Assembly: GCA_048013815.1 (NCBI GenBank)
Contig: CM106585.1
Location: 248,001 to 312,000 of the forward strand
DNA: 64,000 nucleotides
DNA from: Setoptus koraiensis
Lineage: Eukaryota; Animalia; Arthropoda
Reading direction: 5' to 3'
Made by a program: the position numbers and the translations under genes. The notes under the pieces are model-generated. The model saw only the letters and a list, made by a program, of their open reading frames with translations. It did not search any database and was not told where the DNA came from. Shown here piece after piece: positions 24,390 to 39,094 of the stretch. Every line of letters begins with the position of its first letter. Within the stretch, counting starts at the first letter, position 1.

Positions 24390-26214
24390 CCATGACCATG
24401 ACTACGATGGTAATGATGACGATGATCTTGAAAATGATGGTAACGATAAAGATGATGAAGATGTTGATGATGTTTCCAATCAAAGCGAAGAGAACAATCT
24501 ACAAACTAGTTGTAGTTTTACTACTATCGGTGACAATAATAACAGTGAAGACGATAACAAAATTGTTGTTGTCGACGATGAAAATAACAATAATGGCCAG
24601 AATAATAATGATGTGACTAAAAATAACAATCACAATATCACCTATCATAAAAGTGATGAGATGAAGTCAGCAGTCCTTGATAATCATAGTTATGACATAG
24701 CTTATAAAGAAGAAACTTTTCATCAATCAAGTCAGCCATTGATATTGACAAACAAATCGAACGACAATGGTGGCAACTGTAGTAATGACATTTTTATCAA
24801 TTATAATAATAACAAAAAGATTCATTGCATGACTACATCTTATTCATCGCCATCATTGATGAATCTAGTGAAAAAAAGAATCGCTCTACCTAATCACATC
24901 AACGATATCAAAACGCGACACAATATTGTTGCATCATCATCGATCAAAGCAAATACCAATAATCAAACGGTTATATCATTGGCAGGACTCAATTTTAATG
25001 ATCGCACCAACGAACAAATTTGGCGCCGAGATAATAATGATAGGACGCAATCAATCAATGAGAGCCGATGTCCAACAAATGTGGATAACAGAACAACAAT
25101 CGGCAACAGTCATGACAAGCAACGACAATATACCAAAAAAAGTCTTTCTGAATCGTCATCGCAAATGATTGATCAATTTCCAACTGAGCTATTGATAATG
25201 AATAATTCTAATAGAATTGCGTCATTAAATGAATCAAGAAAGATGATGAAAGAGGATAATGATCATCGTAATAATAGTGGACATTGTTGTGTCAATGATG
25301 ATCATAACAGACAAACTGATATTGAAGCAACTGTTGTCGGTCAATGTACTAATAATATGTTAGCAGTCACTTTAGATAGTAATCAAGTTGAACAAACAAA
25401 TTCAATTATTATTACGTCATCTGAATGTGTTGGTCAATCAAAATTGATCAAACCACCATCTTCATATGATCACTCAACTGCAAAAGCAAATGAGACTAAA
25501 ACTACAGCAACTATTTATCAAACGAACAATCTTAACAATACCTCAGTGACACCAAGTAAAAATACTTGTGGAGTTGATGGACTGCAACTTATTACGCCAG
25601 TTAACAATAGCAACAACTTAAATAGAAAATGTCATGATAGTATAAGAATGTATTTGCATCATCAGCGTCAGAATAGAAGATTATCATTGGGGGGCGCAAC
25701 TACAAGATGCAAGTCGACATATAACAAAGACGGCAACAATCAAGAATGCAAAAGTAAATTTGCGAATAGACAATATTCTGCTATGATTGGAAACTCTACA
25801 AATTATGCAAGCGTACAAACGACAACAACAAATAATTCAATTAACTACAAGTCATCGAAAACACGAACAACTAGAAGAACTAACAAATGGCACGCCAGGC
25901 GTTTGCATGCAGAAACAAAAGCAGCTAAAACAGTTGGTGTCATAATTGGTGGCTTTATAGTTTGTTGGTTTCCATTTTTCACTGCCTATCTGAGTCGAGC
26001 TGTTATTTGTAATCAACCTGATTGTATACCACATTCCTTATTATCTCTTTTCATCTGGTTAGGTTATTTAAATTCAGCTATTAATCCATTTATCTATGGT
26101 ATGTTCTCGGCCGATTTTCGTCAAGCATTTAAAAATATTCTGTGCCGTTGCAGATTTCGTGATGAAACAGTGGTCACCGTTCTTGTGGATTCTATTATCA
26201 AGTCAATTTTGTAA
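21878..26214 (+). CDS. Oamb: Terminal exon of an alpha-adrenergic-like octopamine receptor (Oamb type): long ECL2, TM5, giant ICL3, TM6-TM7; TM1-4 not visible
   Basis: CALFNDKGYVIYSAFGSFYIPMFIMLFFYSRIY, VTLRIHRG, ETKAAKTVGVIIGGFIVCWFPFF, WLGYLNSAINPFIY. Acceptor CATAG|GT at 21877/21878 is in frame with the 21949 ORF. Confidence 0.83.
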
Positions 26215-27561
26215 CTGGTACTACTTCTCACTACAAAAAGCTCACATGTGACCATAACATTGCCATTTTATTTTATTAACAATCATTATTATTATGTATC
26301 ATTAAACTAACAGCCTATCATTACAAAATTCACATGATTGTCTTGTCGTTGCCGACAATAAACATTATTCCTCCAACAATTGATAGCTCATTGAAATACA
26401 GTGCTCGAGAATGCACTGTTGCCATAATCTTTTTACGATTGTTTGGTCATTGACCCACAATTATCTTGTTTCTATCGCATCACGTCAATCTAGACATCTC
26501 TTGTATTTGCAGTAGTCGCGAAGGGCGCTATATACCAACACGATGACCTTCACAATATATTTGTGTTATACTTAAACTCTAGGTGGCGCTACGAGCTCTT
26601 TTCTGATCCCATCAATATCGTGTTCTATAGGTGTCTGACATTGCTGTCCCTATGCATAAATAGTATAATATGTTATAATGTATACAGAGGAATTGCTCAA
26701 ATTGCAACTAGGAAATTCAAGTTACAGCTTCCACACAACAACGAACAAGAGATATTCTTCTCTACATCGGCAATATACTATAATTTACTATTTACACCCC
26801 CTCTCATGCTAAGTTTGTTTTTGAGTCGTCAGAGCATTTTGCAGTGTGCAAACAGTATTGAATGATTGCAATCTTTAGTAGATCTTTAGTTGTAGCAGGA
26901 ACAACAACAAAAAATGTATATTGCAAACAAGTTAATTATGTTCCATTTGATTGTCTAGGACAAATGACACATAAGAAGTTCCTTTTGATATTTGTACGAT
27001 CGAGAATAGGTTATGTTCACATCTTATGCATACACTCATCTTGTAACAAGAAGAGATGGAAAGTGTTATCTTTCAAACAAACATATCCAGGGGGTGGCGA
27101 ACTATCCATCAACGAACAAGAATGTCTTGTGTTGCACACAGCACAGAAAGCCTGTTATATTCAGTGTGCTGCTTGCTTGAGGGGTGTTACAGCGCACTCT
27201 TTTTTAGGCTGTAGATACTGTAGTTGTTGTGCCAACAAACAAACTGTGCCACTGTTCAATTTACAAGACTTATCTTGTCGCACATTGGTGCAACGCTCCG
27301 TCACATTCTCTGAAAATACTCAATAATATCACCACCATCATTAACAATACATCAAACATTATTATAATTATTATTATCACCACAACACCCATCAACAAAA
27401 TAATTGATTATTACATTAATGACTGTCTTACTTTGAATACCGTCAAGGTTGTTACAATTATTGCAACGAAATATTCGAAATAACATTATTATTAGTAGTA
27501 TTATAGTTGTCATTATCAATCTGCTCACTAGTGTAAAATTATTATTATTGTTGACATCACC

Positions 27562-28851
27562 ATGCATCCGATCGGAATATTTGTATTCTCATTTCTACTG
27601 TTCATTTATTGCAATGATGCTGCCAAAGTGAGAAATGTAATGAACGTTAGATACAATTATAATTGTACTCTACCACAATGTAATAGAACGGCAACAAACA
27701 ATTCAGCAGTTAATTTGATCACAATAGAATCGGAGTCGCCGGATTCGCCATTGAGAAACAACTTTATTTGGTCTAACATATTTGGACCACCTATGATTAT
27801 TACAGCCAGCACAAAGAAATCTTCGGCAATCAGAATAAACTGGCCAGAGCTACTAAATGGTACGACCAACACTTCTACAGCTCTTTATTTTAGTGAGTCA
27901 CAATATGGAGCTATTGGTATCATGTGTGAAAGAATATTTATATTCGATGACGACGACAAAACTGGATTGTATACGCCAGGCAAACAAGAGTTTACTATTG
28001 ATTGGGACAAAATTGTTTGGGACTCTGCAGCTAAAACAACATTTCACAAAGACGACTTCTTGAGGACAATTTTCAAAATGAAATCGAATCACAAATATTT
28101 AGATGGTACTATCACAGTTAAACTAGCTATACCCAATAGCAATAATGCCAATCGCCAAAAAGAAGTGCCGCATCTTAAATTGAATAATCAAAGTATATCG
28201 GTTGTTTTTATTGTTGACAACATTCAGCCACCCATCGAACGGAAACTAAAAAATCCCCGTCTCGGAATGACCTTTGCTGTGGCCATACAAAGTCCAACTG
28301 GATCTGTTACATTAGACTCGGACAGTGAATCTTTAATATCCGACGAATACACACCTGGCGTGTTCAGAATTAAAAGATCACAATTTCAGAATTCAGATAA
28401 GGACGCTCAATTGAATTCGAAAAACCTGGGCTATCTCTATTGGAAGGAAGTTGCCTACACTGATCGCAGGAAAATCATATCTCGAACAGTTAACGTTTAT
28501 GATACTGCGACAAAATATAACATCAGCAATCTTACTAATATAAGCCCACCATTCTATCATTTCTTCAGCTATCCACAGTCAAAAAGTCAATATTCCTTAT
28601 ATAGATTCAACATGATCTATGGGAAGGGCGATTCATTATATACGCCGACGAATTTCACAGATTTCAGTTTCGTATTTGGTCTTGGTCAGGCGCCTCAGGA
28701 ACAACTCTTCTCTGTATTGGTAAAACTAGTCATATTTCTTTGTTTTGGAGTGCCTCTCCTGGTCATGCTAGTCGGCCTAGGATTTCTTGTGCTAAGGAAT
28801 ATTTTGCGCAAGAATGACGATAGTGAACTGTTGTTAGCCGCCGAATCTTGA
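27562..28851 (+). CDS. GLMP: Glycosylated lysosomal membrane protein (NCU-G1 family), intronless
   Basis: Signal peptide, many N-x-S/T sites, YLYWKEVAY, FSFVFGLG...LFSVLVKLVIFLCFGVP TM segment, and a C-terminal acidic dileucine signal DDSELLL. Confidence 0.8.
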   Translation: MHPIGIFVFSFLLFIYCNDAAKVRNVMNVRYNYNCTLPQCNRTATNNSAVNLITIESESPDSPLRNNFIWSNIFGPPMIITASTKKSSAIRINWPELLNGTTNTSTALYFSESQYGAIGIMCERIFIFDDDDKTGLYTPGKQEFTIDWDKIVWDSAAKTTFHKDDFLRTIFKMKSNHKYLDGTITVKLAIPNSNNANRQKEVPHLKLNNQSISVVFIVDNIQPPIERKLKNPRLGMTFAVAIQSPTGSVTLDSDSESLISDEYTPGVFRIKRSQFQNSDKDAQLNSKNLGYLYWKEVAYTDRRKIISRTVNVYDTATKYNISNLTNISPPFYHFFSYPQSKSQYSLYRFNMIYGKGDSLYTPTNFTDFSFVFGLGQAPQEQLFSVLVKLVIFLCFGVPLLVMLVGLGFLVLRNILRKNDDSELLLAAES

Positions 28852-29960
28852 TTGTATCAATATGAAATTTAATTATTAACGTCATCATTTTAATCAACTA
28901 CAAATTGATTGTGATCTTGTATATTTTAACACCAACAGTCATACTATTACCATAATTATAACATGAGACATTATTATAATATCATCTCTATACAATCGTC
29001 GAGGTTAATTGATATGCGACCATTCGCTGACTACTACGTAAGAACAGTGGTTGAATTTAATAAGGAATTGAAATGTCACATGAGTACAAATATGCTGAGA
29101 GTATAAAATGAAATCGCACAATATTACGCTGCTGTCCTGATAATATCTTTGAGATAAGGTGTCCACCAGGTACCCCGTTAGCACGTATAGACTATTCGCA
29201 TGACAAATAATAAACATCAGAATCAATATAATAACCAACACAAAAAAAGTGAATGGGTTTCCAAGAATTTCTTAACAAAAGAATTTGCTTCCACGCTTCA
29301 AGACGTTATTTGAAATTGTTGTATCAGACACTAGTTGATCTGATGGGCCTCCCATACAGTGTTTTGGCAGAAACGGTTTATACTCGTGGTATAAACCACC
29401 GGGACTTCATACCTTTTTATGTCATAGTAAAGGATCCTACTTTTTCTGCCAAATGGAAGAAATGGCTAAAATAGCGAAAAGTGAAGTGTTGAATTCAAAC
29501 CAATCTCTATCAGTTCTGATTCAGAACACAGTTCATATCTCGCCATGGTAGCGCTGAAGTGTTAAAATCTACTGCGAAGACTCGACCAAGTAAGAACGGA
29601 ACGCAGTCGTACATGTATCTTCTTGCTTGAAAAATCTAATCACGAATGTCTCAAAGTGTTCAAGCTATATGTAATAGAAAACGGGTATTAGCAGAGAGAT
29701 TATGATAGAAGACTTTTTCGTCTAAAGTTTTTGAATCGGGGCAGATTCGGAAACATATCAGATGGTTGTTTACTTCTACTCTCGGTGTGCTCGATACATA
29801 TCTGGAGTCGTTTATCTCACCCACTCTATCTTAATTCGACTCTTTATTGTTGTCCAAAAGATATGAGGACAAGATAGATAGAAGGCATTTTTCAAATGAT
29901 TATTCATGCTTATTCTAGTAATAATAATACCAGTAGCGATGGGACAATAATTTCTGGTAT

Positions 29961-32038
29961 TTAATCTGGTGTCAAGTAGGCTCTGTTAACATTTTGAATG
30001 ACAGGACGGAACACTTTTGCAAAACAATCCTTAGCCTGTTGATAACTAAAATGATTATATGCTGGTGGTGTAACGATGTCTTTGAATAGAGGAACTGGTG
30101 AAAAACATCATTAATGACAGTGTTCAATATTTTGAGCTAGTTCCGTTCATAGGGAAAAAGAACTCACCTTTAAGCTCATCAATGAATCTCTGTTGATCAG
30201 GCGCTTGCGATAATTTATCATTTCCGGTGCTGCGAACCAAAATCATTTTCTTTAATTTTATATCTGCCACATTGTATAGAGGTGGCTCAGGTTGATTATA
30301 AGCAACTGTATTGAGTTCTGGCGAGCCATAATCAAACTTTTGGAACTTATTCGATGTAACCAATTGTCCGAATTGCGCGATCACCTTTAAACTATTTGGT
30401 TCCACCGTGTGACCAAAGAAAGCTCCTGTCTGAAATGTTATAGCAATCAATTGATTAGTATCAGGTGAATAGAGTGAATTAATTTTTTTCTTTTCGAGGC
30501 AAACAATAGTTGCAACTGTTGTTGACTTACTAGAACATTGATTTTTTCATCTTCACCACCGATGAGATTGCATATTTTTCTGCATAAAGTTGTCCGAATC
30601 ATTGATTCTTCACACACAGCCACGGAGAGCGTGTTTATTGCTACACACATATCATAATTTGCAAAAGGTAAATTCAATTTCTCGAACATTTTCTCCAATA
30701 GTTTAACCATAATTCTAATTGGTGGTTCGCTTAAAATAGAACCCAAGTAACTGATTGGAGCCAAGCCAACATAGGCGGCGATTTTGTCAGCATAATCAGG
30801 TTTCTCTGAGAGAAGCATATGCATGTGCAAAGTTCCTTTACTGTAGCCTACATAGGAGACATTTTGTTTGTTGGTCAATTTGAGAACAAAATCAATAACG
30901 TTAGGCAAATCTTCCAATGCTTGATTATCAATAGTGAAATTCCAATAATGATCTGCTTCATCAAGTGTATGATTCGTCACAAGTAAACTACCACGACTAC
31001 TACCACGATGATTCTCTATGAAAACATCATAATTATTGTCACTAAACAAACAAGGCAGACACATTTTTTCATAATCATAATCATTAGCATCAATATCATC
31101 ATAGATATCACTGGAGTAACTTTTTGAAGTTGGTGCCTTCGCCTTATGGAAGCCAGCGAATGCCAAATAATGTGCGATGGAATCCTGGCCCAGACCATGA
31201 CTGAATATTATCGATCTTTGTAAGTCTTCTTTGCTTTTTACAAGAGGATTAATCATTCTTGTCAATTCGATAATGTAACCATTACTCTCTACATTGTGTA
31301 TCTCTGCCTCATAGTTCATATACTTCAATACCTCTGCCTGAGAAAGTAATAAAGTTCAGATAATTATTAATGAAAAGCCATGTTGAATACATACAATTAG
31401 ATGCACAATTCTTACAACAAAGCAGTCTAATATGACAGGTGCATTCGTCATATAACATGCAAGCCAGTTACATTTTACGTAGTTAATTATATTACTAGTT
31501 TAGTTGATTGAAAGATGAAACAGAACCAGTTCTTAAAATAACGGTCCGACTAAACTGATCAACTAATATTATTGCAAATTTTCGATTATCAAAAGTTTTT
31601 AGATGGCGATGGAAAGCTTTTTAATTGTCTCGATTTTAATTTCCATTATCAAGTTAGTTAGTTCTATTCTAATGCATCTACTTTGATAGGGTTTCCGCGA
31701 ACAAAATTGATATTCATCGCATATACAATCATTTTTGAATTGTAAAATGGACCTCATTTTAATAAAAAAAATTCTCTACTATCTATTCTCATGCATTCTT
31801 TCTAATTCGATTTCAGTCCTCATGTTAACCCACTTACAGTTGTCTTATCAGTGAAGCTTATGGTTCCTTCAACTCCTGACGGGGCCTCAGGTAATCCTTG
31901 AGCATGAATACATACTTTGAAGCCATTGAATGCGAAGGATACTAAAACAGCAGTCAAGATTAATCTAAATGTACTTAGCAATTCAAGGCTGGTGATCATG
32001 ATTGCTAACTTTGTTCTCTTTTCTAAATCAAAATTCAT
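29961..32038 (-). CDS. Acid/gastric-type triacylglycerol lipase; exons ~32038(or 31999)-31838, 31337-30531, 30429-30168, 30094-29961
   Basis: HGLG oxyanion motif, ENHRGS, DLPNVIDFVL, YVGYSKGT (GxSxG), GLAPISY, FDYG, ND (catalytic Asp), YNHF (catalytic His). All introns are GT-AG and phase-consistent; the first-exon junction is the least certain. Confidence 0.9.
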
Positions 32039-35000
32039 CGCCAACTTTAACCGGTAATCTCATCATTTTTCTCGGTCGAGTCAAGAATCAAATCAAATTA
32101 CATCGATACTTATAAAGGAGAAAAGTATGATCAACGATGACGATAGTTCGCGAACTGGTCTGTTAGTATATGTATGTATTCTTCTAAGAGAGAACATATT
32201 CTCCCAATTATTGTTGGCAATTAGTCAACTATCAGTTGATTGTTATTGTTCAATAGAATAGATGCAAACAATGCGAATAATAGTTGGCAGGCTGAACAAA
32301 TAAACGAACTGTTAAATGCGATATGGTATTGTCATCTCATCTAGTTATTCTTATCAGAGGTGTCGTAATATTATTGTGTCCATCCAGAGCCAGGCACAAC
32401 TTGTCAGAGCCATCGAAGAAGATACTGACGATTTAATGGAACAAACAAATTGAACTATTATAAGTTGCAACGCAATAAAGTTACAATGTATATGTTGAGT
32501 TGCATCGCATCATATCGATCATAATTCGAAATCATGCCTTTGTCCCATCGCTAGATGACTGGATTAGTTAGCAGTAAATAAGTAGGTGAAGTTGACAATA
32601 AATGATAGCCAAGTTTCTCTTTGGCAGGTATACAAAATCGTATACATGATTGGTGTATCGTGTAATCCGATACACCAATCGTGACCTACCTAGGACGAGT
32701 AAACACTTTGTAGCAATTAATAACAACACAATGGTCCCCACACGACACTGAAAACGAAATTAATACCCCAAGCCATGGTTACAAATTGGCGATAGCGAGG
32801 AGCAATCAGCTTAGCAGAATGCGAGGGCTTCTTTATAATTTCCAACTGTGGAAACACAGACATATGTCACTCTTGAATGGGCGAGTATCTTCTCAGCGTG
32901 CGTTCGGAATGTTTTGAACAAAAAGTTTGTAAAAAAGGAGAAATAAATTCGTAGTACTTGCTCATATACTTGATACTAAGGGGGTTGCAAAATAGTGTGC
33001 CTTTGTTAGATAAATTTGCATTCGTTCATTACTAGATCCAACTATTTATATTTTTTTTTTTTTTTTGGTAGGTCAACAACTGTGGAATTTTGTGCTAAGG
33101 CCAAATCGAATTGAGTAATTCTTTTTAGCCCTAGGTTTCCAACCGAAAACATCGAATCTCAAAGATCCCTGGTTTAAAAAGCGAAAAATAAGATGTTTCC
33201 CATTTCAAGTTTCAACAAGATGTTGGTGAAAAACGTCGTTCCTCGAACTTTTAAATTTTGCATTTCAAAAAAGCCAAAGAATGATTCAAAACGATATATG
33301 TAAATCTATTAGCAAGATACAAAAAACAAAAAAAAAACCATAAAAATCCGACCTTGGATCTCATAAAAAACAGACGTTGAGTAGCTTCAACCACCGATTT
33401 CGTTGTACCTAGTAATTAGATTTAGCTGGAAAGCAAATCTATTGAGTCCCGTTATAACACACACAAGCAGATCTACTATCTCCAAGATTAATAAGGAACA
33501 TATAAATGCAATTAATCTGTTCTGCTAATTTGCATACGAGTCTAGACGCAATAAAACTAATCAGTCTATTCGCTTTCAGAATCGGTCCAGTGACTGTTTC
33601 CAGAAGCGAATCTTTTCCCCATTTAGATCAGCGTCGTATTAACATTCGAAGGAATTTAATCTAAATTTCGTAGATAATTCAAAAACAAACAGCCAAATCG
33701 ATCGAAGATAAACAAATGCGAATAGGTGCAGAAATTAGATGTTACATTGAATGATTTGAATGGGCTTCACTTCGCTGAGCTGCATCACTTACGAAACAAA
33801 TTAATGGCAACTTTAGAGAACATACATGACTTACATGGTTGAATTTCGTTCAATTAAATTGAATTGAAACGACGAGCTAACAATTTATTGAGCCGACAGT
33901 TTATTATTTGTAGTCGATTTGTTGTAAAACAAAAATAATAATAAAATGTCTTGCTTGGCTTCTGTTTTTCAGTGAATTCAGAATACACAATTGTGAGCTA
34001 AAAAAATAATAGTGAACATCAGATATTCTATCAAGCCAAATGATCAACAGAGACTCCAGCATGATGGATAGTCGATACTCAATCAAGTTTAGTTATCCAT
34101 GATGATAGATGGTCTAGTTGAATTGTGTGGGAATGAGTCCTAAAGCAAATCAACAATTCTAACCGATAGATGCTGCAAATCGCATGCAGCATATAGAGTT
34201 ACTCGAAAAGAAGTGAGCACGAATATTTTATTCACCTTTACAGCACGTCATAACTGACCTAGATAACTGTTTTCAATTGTTCTGTGACGTTTATAGTGAA
34301 TCTAGACCCCCATAAATAACAGACAGATAAGACATTCAAGCGAGCAAAAAAGCTGTATAACCTTTTGACTGCAGTGGATTGAATTTAATTTAATAATGGA
34401 GAGTTCAAAGTCAAACTGGAAATATCCATGAATTTATTCGCATCCGACTACTTTAATTTAGCACATGTAGCAATAATATTACACTAATTTCTATATTTCA
34501 ATCCATTGTGATCTCTTCTGAAGAACAATGGCACTCGTTTGAGGCGCCAACAAGACTAGCGTATAAAAAAAAAATCACAAAATTGAAAATTTTTAACAGT
34601 CGCGTCCCCTTAAGAAAAGTCCTCTTACATCATCTAGATATTCAAGAGGACAAATATTGAGGTTACAAGCTCCTCTAAATGTTTCGTCGGAGAGTTCTTA
34701 TGTCGTTTTTATCTGGCAGGAAATGTTCCATTTTTCATATTCTTCATTCGGTCTATGAGTAATATATAGTATAGTTGTTAGGTTATTGTATAGTTGAAAT
34801 TGACCATTGTCAATCAATTGTGTCTTCTACCCATTACATGACAAGAAAGAATATATTCACATTCTGTTGAAAGTTCAGAATCTTGCTCCGACCATAATAG
34901 TTCATCATGAAGCTACTCTTTAACACCGATACCATCGGTTTGATTTAGGTTTTGCGAAATGACCTGAATTTGCAAGGAATCAACCATTCGAGCTTCACAG

Positions 35001-38000
35001 GATCTCATAGACGTGCAATTCGGTAGTAACAGTACTAATAATAGTATAATACATATAAGCATTGTACTGGCCATATAGAGTAAGAGAGGCTTCGTCGAGG
35101 AATAACTTAAGAAAATATGAATTGAGATCTCTCTGTTTGTAAGCGAAATAGCTCGTCATTCGATCGGTATTATGCCACCATTAAGAAGATCGATGTCAGG
35201 CACATGCATTTATGTAAGCTGCTTATGGCCGAAATGAGCAAAACAAATATTGACAAGTTAATACCATTTACCATATTGATTGATGCTGCTATTGATTAGT
35301 CGATTGTTTAATCAGTTTGATTAGCTCAACAATTGATCCATTCTATGATATTGTGTGTTGTCACTTAACAATATCATTAATTAGCAGGCGATAATAAGTG
35401 GTGCTGCACCGATGTGATTTTGATTACAGTTGCCCTTGGCATCGCAATTGGAACTCTAATTGAACAACTGTAATTGTATCTAGTACTGATTATAGTAAAG
35501 GAATCCTTGTTTGTTTTTTATTGCCAAATAGAAACTGTCAATAATAGTTAACTAGTAGCTGTGATAGTGACAATGAAAGTTTACTGAGATGACAATGATG
35601 ACAGTTGTCGAAGACTAACCGTGAAAGTAATTGTTTGCTCACTTGGTGTTATGTGTAGACGAAGGATTGTATTGAGTCTCTGCTTATATCATCCAGAGAG
35701 CTACTTGTTCGGTTGTTGTATGGGTGGCGAAAAAGAGGCGCTAATGACACAATCATTTGATGCAAGTACTCGAACAAAATAAAATAACGACACCAGAAGA
35801 CTTGTTTGTCGGAAACTCGAGATAAAAAGAGAAGATAAAGAAATTGTTTGTCTTGTTTGTCTAGCCAGCATCAAATGAGCTTTGGCCTCTCTATTTGTGA
35901 GCTGATGCTTTGCAAGCTGACAATCGAGTTAGTATAATCGAAGCGACAACCGACGACGATCAGCGACCAACCGAAACTAACCTAAAAAGAAGGAATAATC
36001 GATATGGTAGCTTGTTGGTGGTGTCACAAAAAGAACTGTAGTGGAGAAACAGCATTAGTGGACGTGCCATGACTACTAATAATGATAAATTGAGATCTAC
36101 GATCATTACTAATGATGATAATCATCAAATGAACAGCGAGAGATAGTGAAGAAACAAGGCAGCCATGTAAGCACAGCTAAGATAGAGGGAAACGGAAAGA
36201 AACGAGAAAGAAACGCGACGAAACTAAATCTAATGGATAACACCAGACAAAACGAATGGCAATGGAAGTGAACAGACTTATTTATCTGGAATAATTTTCC
36301 AGATCTTCTCTCTCTTCCTTAGTGATCGATGCAGGCACTTAGATAGTCTGTGCTATTGAAAGAGAGGACATACAGAAATTGTTCGTAAAAGTGATACCAT
36401 TGCTAGAGTGAAATGTAAGCCTGTCCAGTCAAGTCGAAAATATATTAACATTATTATTATGTAACAAGATGAATTGTGAGGCCAAGCAATCATCGTAGTA
36501 GCAGAAACAATAAATTGCCCCAACTTGGTCATTGATTAGAATTTACTATCTAGAAGTTATGGCGATTTTCTTGCTCAGATGTATTCTACACTTATCAGAA
36601 CATGGAAATATGACTCAACGTAATATGACTATGTAATCTTGCAGCTTATTGTCCATTACACATTGCAAAGTGTGATTGCATGATATATTGGTCGAATTTT
36701 GGTCATTTCATCAAAGTTAATTAACAACAATTCGACGTTCGTTTATCGCATCTCGTGCGGAAAATCCTTTCGAACAATAGAATAAATATTCAACAATGGT
36801 TTGAGCTATCTATTTGCTTGCAATATCGGTGATCATAAAGTTATTGCATGTTATAGATTTTTTTCAATTGATGGAAACCTTGAAAACTGTATTGAACTAG
36901 GAACAATACCAACCAGCATTATACTGTGGACAGAGGCCTGATTTTCACTCTGATTTAACCTACGCCATAAGTCATAGAGAACGTCCTTTCTTGGCCTCTG
37001 GGTGAAAAAATGGGCATTGTTTCGAGTCGTCTGAGTTATTTTCTAACGATTATAATGGTGGAACACGCTAGTAAAGAAAATCGAGAGGAATATATCAATT
37101 TCATCAACATGATGACACGCGGCAGAATTTTTTGAATCAGCAAAAACAACAATCCTAATGTTCGATAGTTGAATAATCGATGATATTTCCAATCTTGAAT
37201 AGATGAACGAATCATTGGAACTTTTGTGAGAGTTGCTGAGTTTCGTCTTGGTGAAATTATTTCTACAACTTTTGTTTCTATAGTCCGAACGATTTAGAGC
37301 GTTCCATAAAAAAAAGGTCAGTGACATATTTTCTAAAGAGAACGAACTGTACGGTTTGTAATTTCCAAAACTTGACATCTAAGTAATTAGTAGCAGCATA
37401 TCATGTGATGAAAGATGTGATCTATGATCAGAGAGATTTCCCTTTGAACAGGTCGAAACTCGTAGTCAGCTACAAGCGAATGTTTTAATTTATATTATAG
37501 ATTGAATTCAATTTTCACTTGAACATAAGGAACGTGGAACAAATAAGATTGTTAATAAAATGAGAAGCAATGAATGTCGGATTCAGTCAACCGAATTATT
37601 ATGGATGTGAAATTACACGTAACAGAGTTGAATTGTATGCCCAAAATGAAGCAATATCGTTGTTTGATCATGTCAATGTCAATAAAACTGTCAAGAAATC
37701 TGATGACGATTGCAGTATTATTATTAGATAACTGCTTGATCCAATCATTCTCGTCCACAAAAACAACAACTCAGCACTCCAACAGATGACCCAAAATGAC
37801 CAGGACACCGCATAGATGCTTCACTATTGTCAATATTCTGTAAGACTGAATATATGTAAGACAGTAGACCATTTCTATTTGCTGTCTTCTATTTAGTTAC
37901 AACTGTTGATGGGATTTATTTGATATGCAATGAATTGAATACACAGTGGTAAACCATATAACTGCAAATATATGTTTATTGTATTGAGCTTGCTCGATAT

Positions 38001-39094
38001 TTCCATAAATGTATGCCAAATGACCATTCCATGATGCACATTGCGTATCATATACCTAGATAATATATGATATGCTTTGTTATTCTTATTTTGACCACTC
38101 TCACATAATCAAATGCTCATAAGAATATTACCCAGTTGTATACCCAAATTTATGGTTACAATAGGAACATGCAGATAGAAATTCGACTTTATGTCACTAT
38201 TATTGTTTTATTCTCTCTTTTTATTATAGCTATGCTACTACTAAAGTAGCAAGACCACAAAGAGATTTCTGCCAATGACTTAGAATATGATGATAATAGT
38301 TGCTTTGCATTATCCTCCATTCACTGTTCACTTTTTCACATTAAAAGTAAATTGTAACAGCTACAAAGTATGATGAATACGACGATGAAATTGAATATTG
38401 AATAAAACACTAAAACAATTCAAGCGCAAAAACAAATTAAACTTTTATGTCACCAAATTTCATTATCATGTTCGTTCTAGATTACAAACTGAGTTTGCCC
38501 ATCATCATATCAATAATCATGATATCTGTGTCGTTAATCGTGTGATCAATGTTCCCTAGCGTAGGCAAATAAGTCAACGGGTAAGACAGTAAAAATCACA
38601 TGCAACGATCTATAAAGATGAATTGTTTTTATATATTGCGTCATGTTATGATAAAGTCAATATATTAGTCTAGCAAATTAAATATATACTGTACATTTAT
38701 ACTATATATACATTACGTACTATATACTGAAACCATAATTGATGTCACTTGCTAGATATTAGATTATTCTCCTAGTGTTGGTGTGACACGGGTCGTTTGT
38801 GGTAGATAGAGAGCGTAGCATCTGTCTACATCCGTTTGTCTTAATGGTATGGTTGTTGTTATTTTTTGTTAGCTGGAATTCTGTCCAAAGAGCTGTTTTC
38901 TGCTTTGCCCATTTGAATTAACGAAAGTGAAATCATTGGTTGAGTTATAAAAAGCAAAATGTCACCCGTCTGATGCCATCTGTCAGAAGTGAGGCGAGTG
39001 ATGACATGTCATCTGTCACATCTAATGTATGTCAGAGGTTAGATTTCTAAAATTAAATTTTGGCCTATCGCTTGGCACAGTGCTATATTTCGAT

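Noticed and set aside
23058-24616. Poly-Cys, poly-Val, poly-Leu, poly-Ile and poly-Met ORFs
   Set aside because: Alternative-frame or antisense shadows of the CAA and GAT tracts in Oamb.
32689-32845. Minus-strand segment resembling a GPCR TM6 (…FVFSVVWGPL…) between plausible splice sites
   Set aside because: The frame hits TAA right after WGPLCCY, no neighbouring TM exons were found, and the similarity is too short.
37050-37380. Possible decayed coding sequence or the 111-aa minus ORF
   Set aside because: Multiple stops on plus and no recognisable family on either strand.
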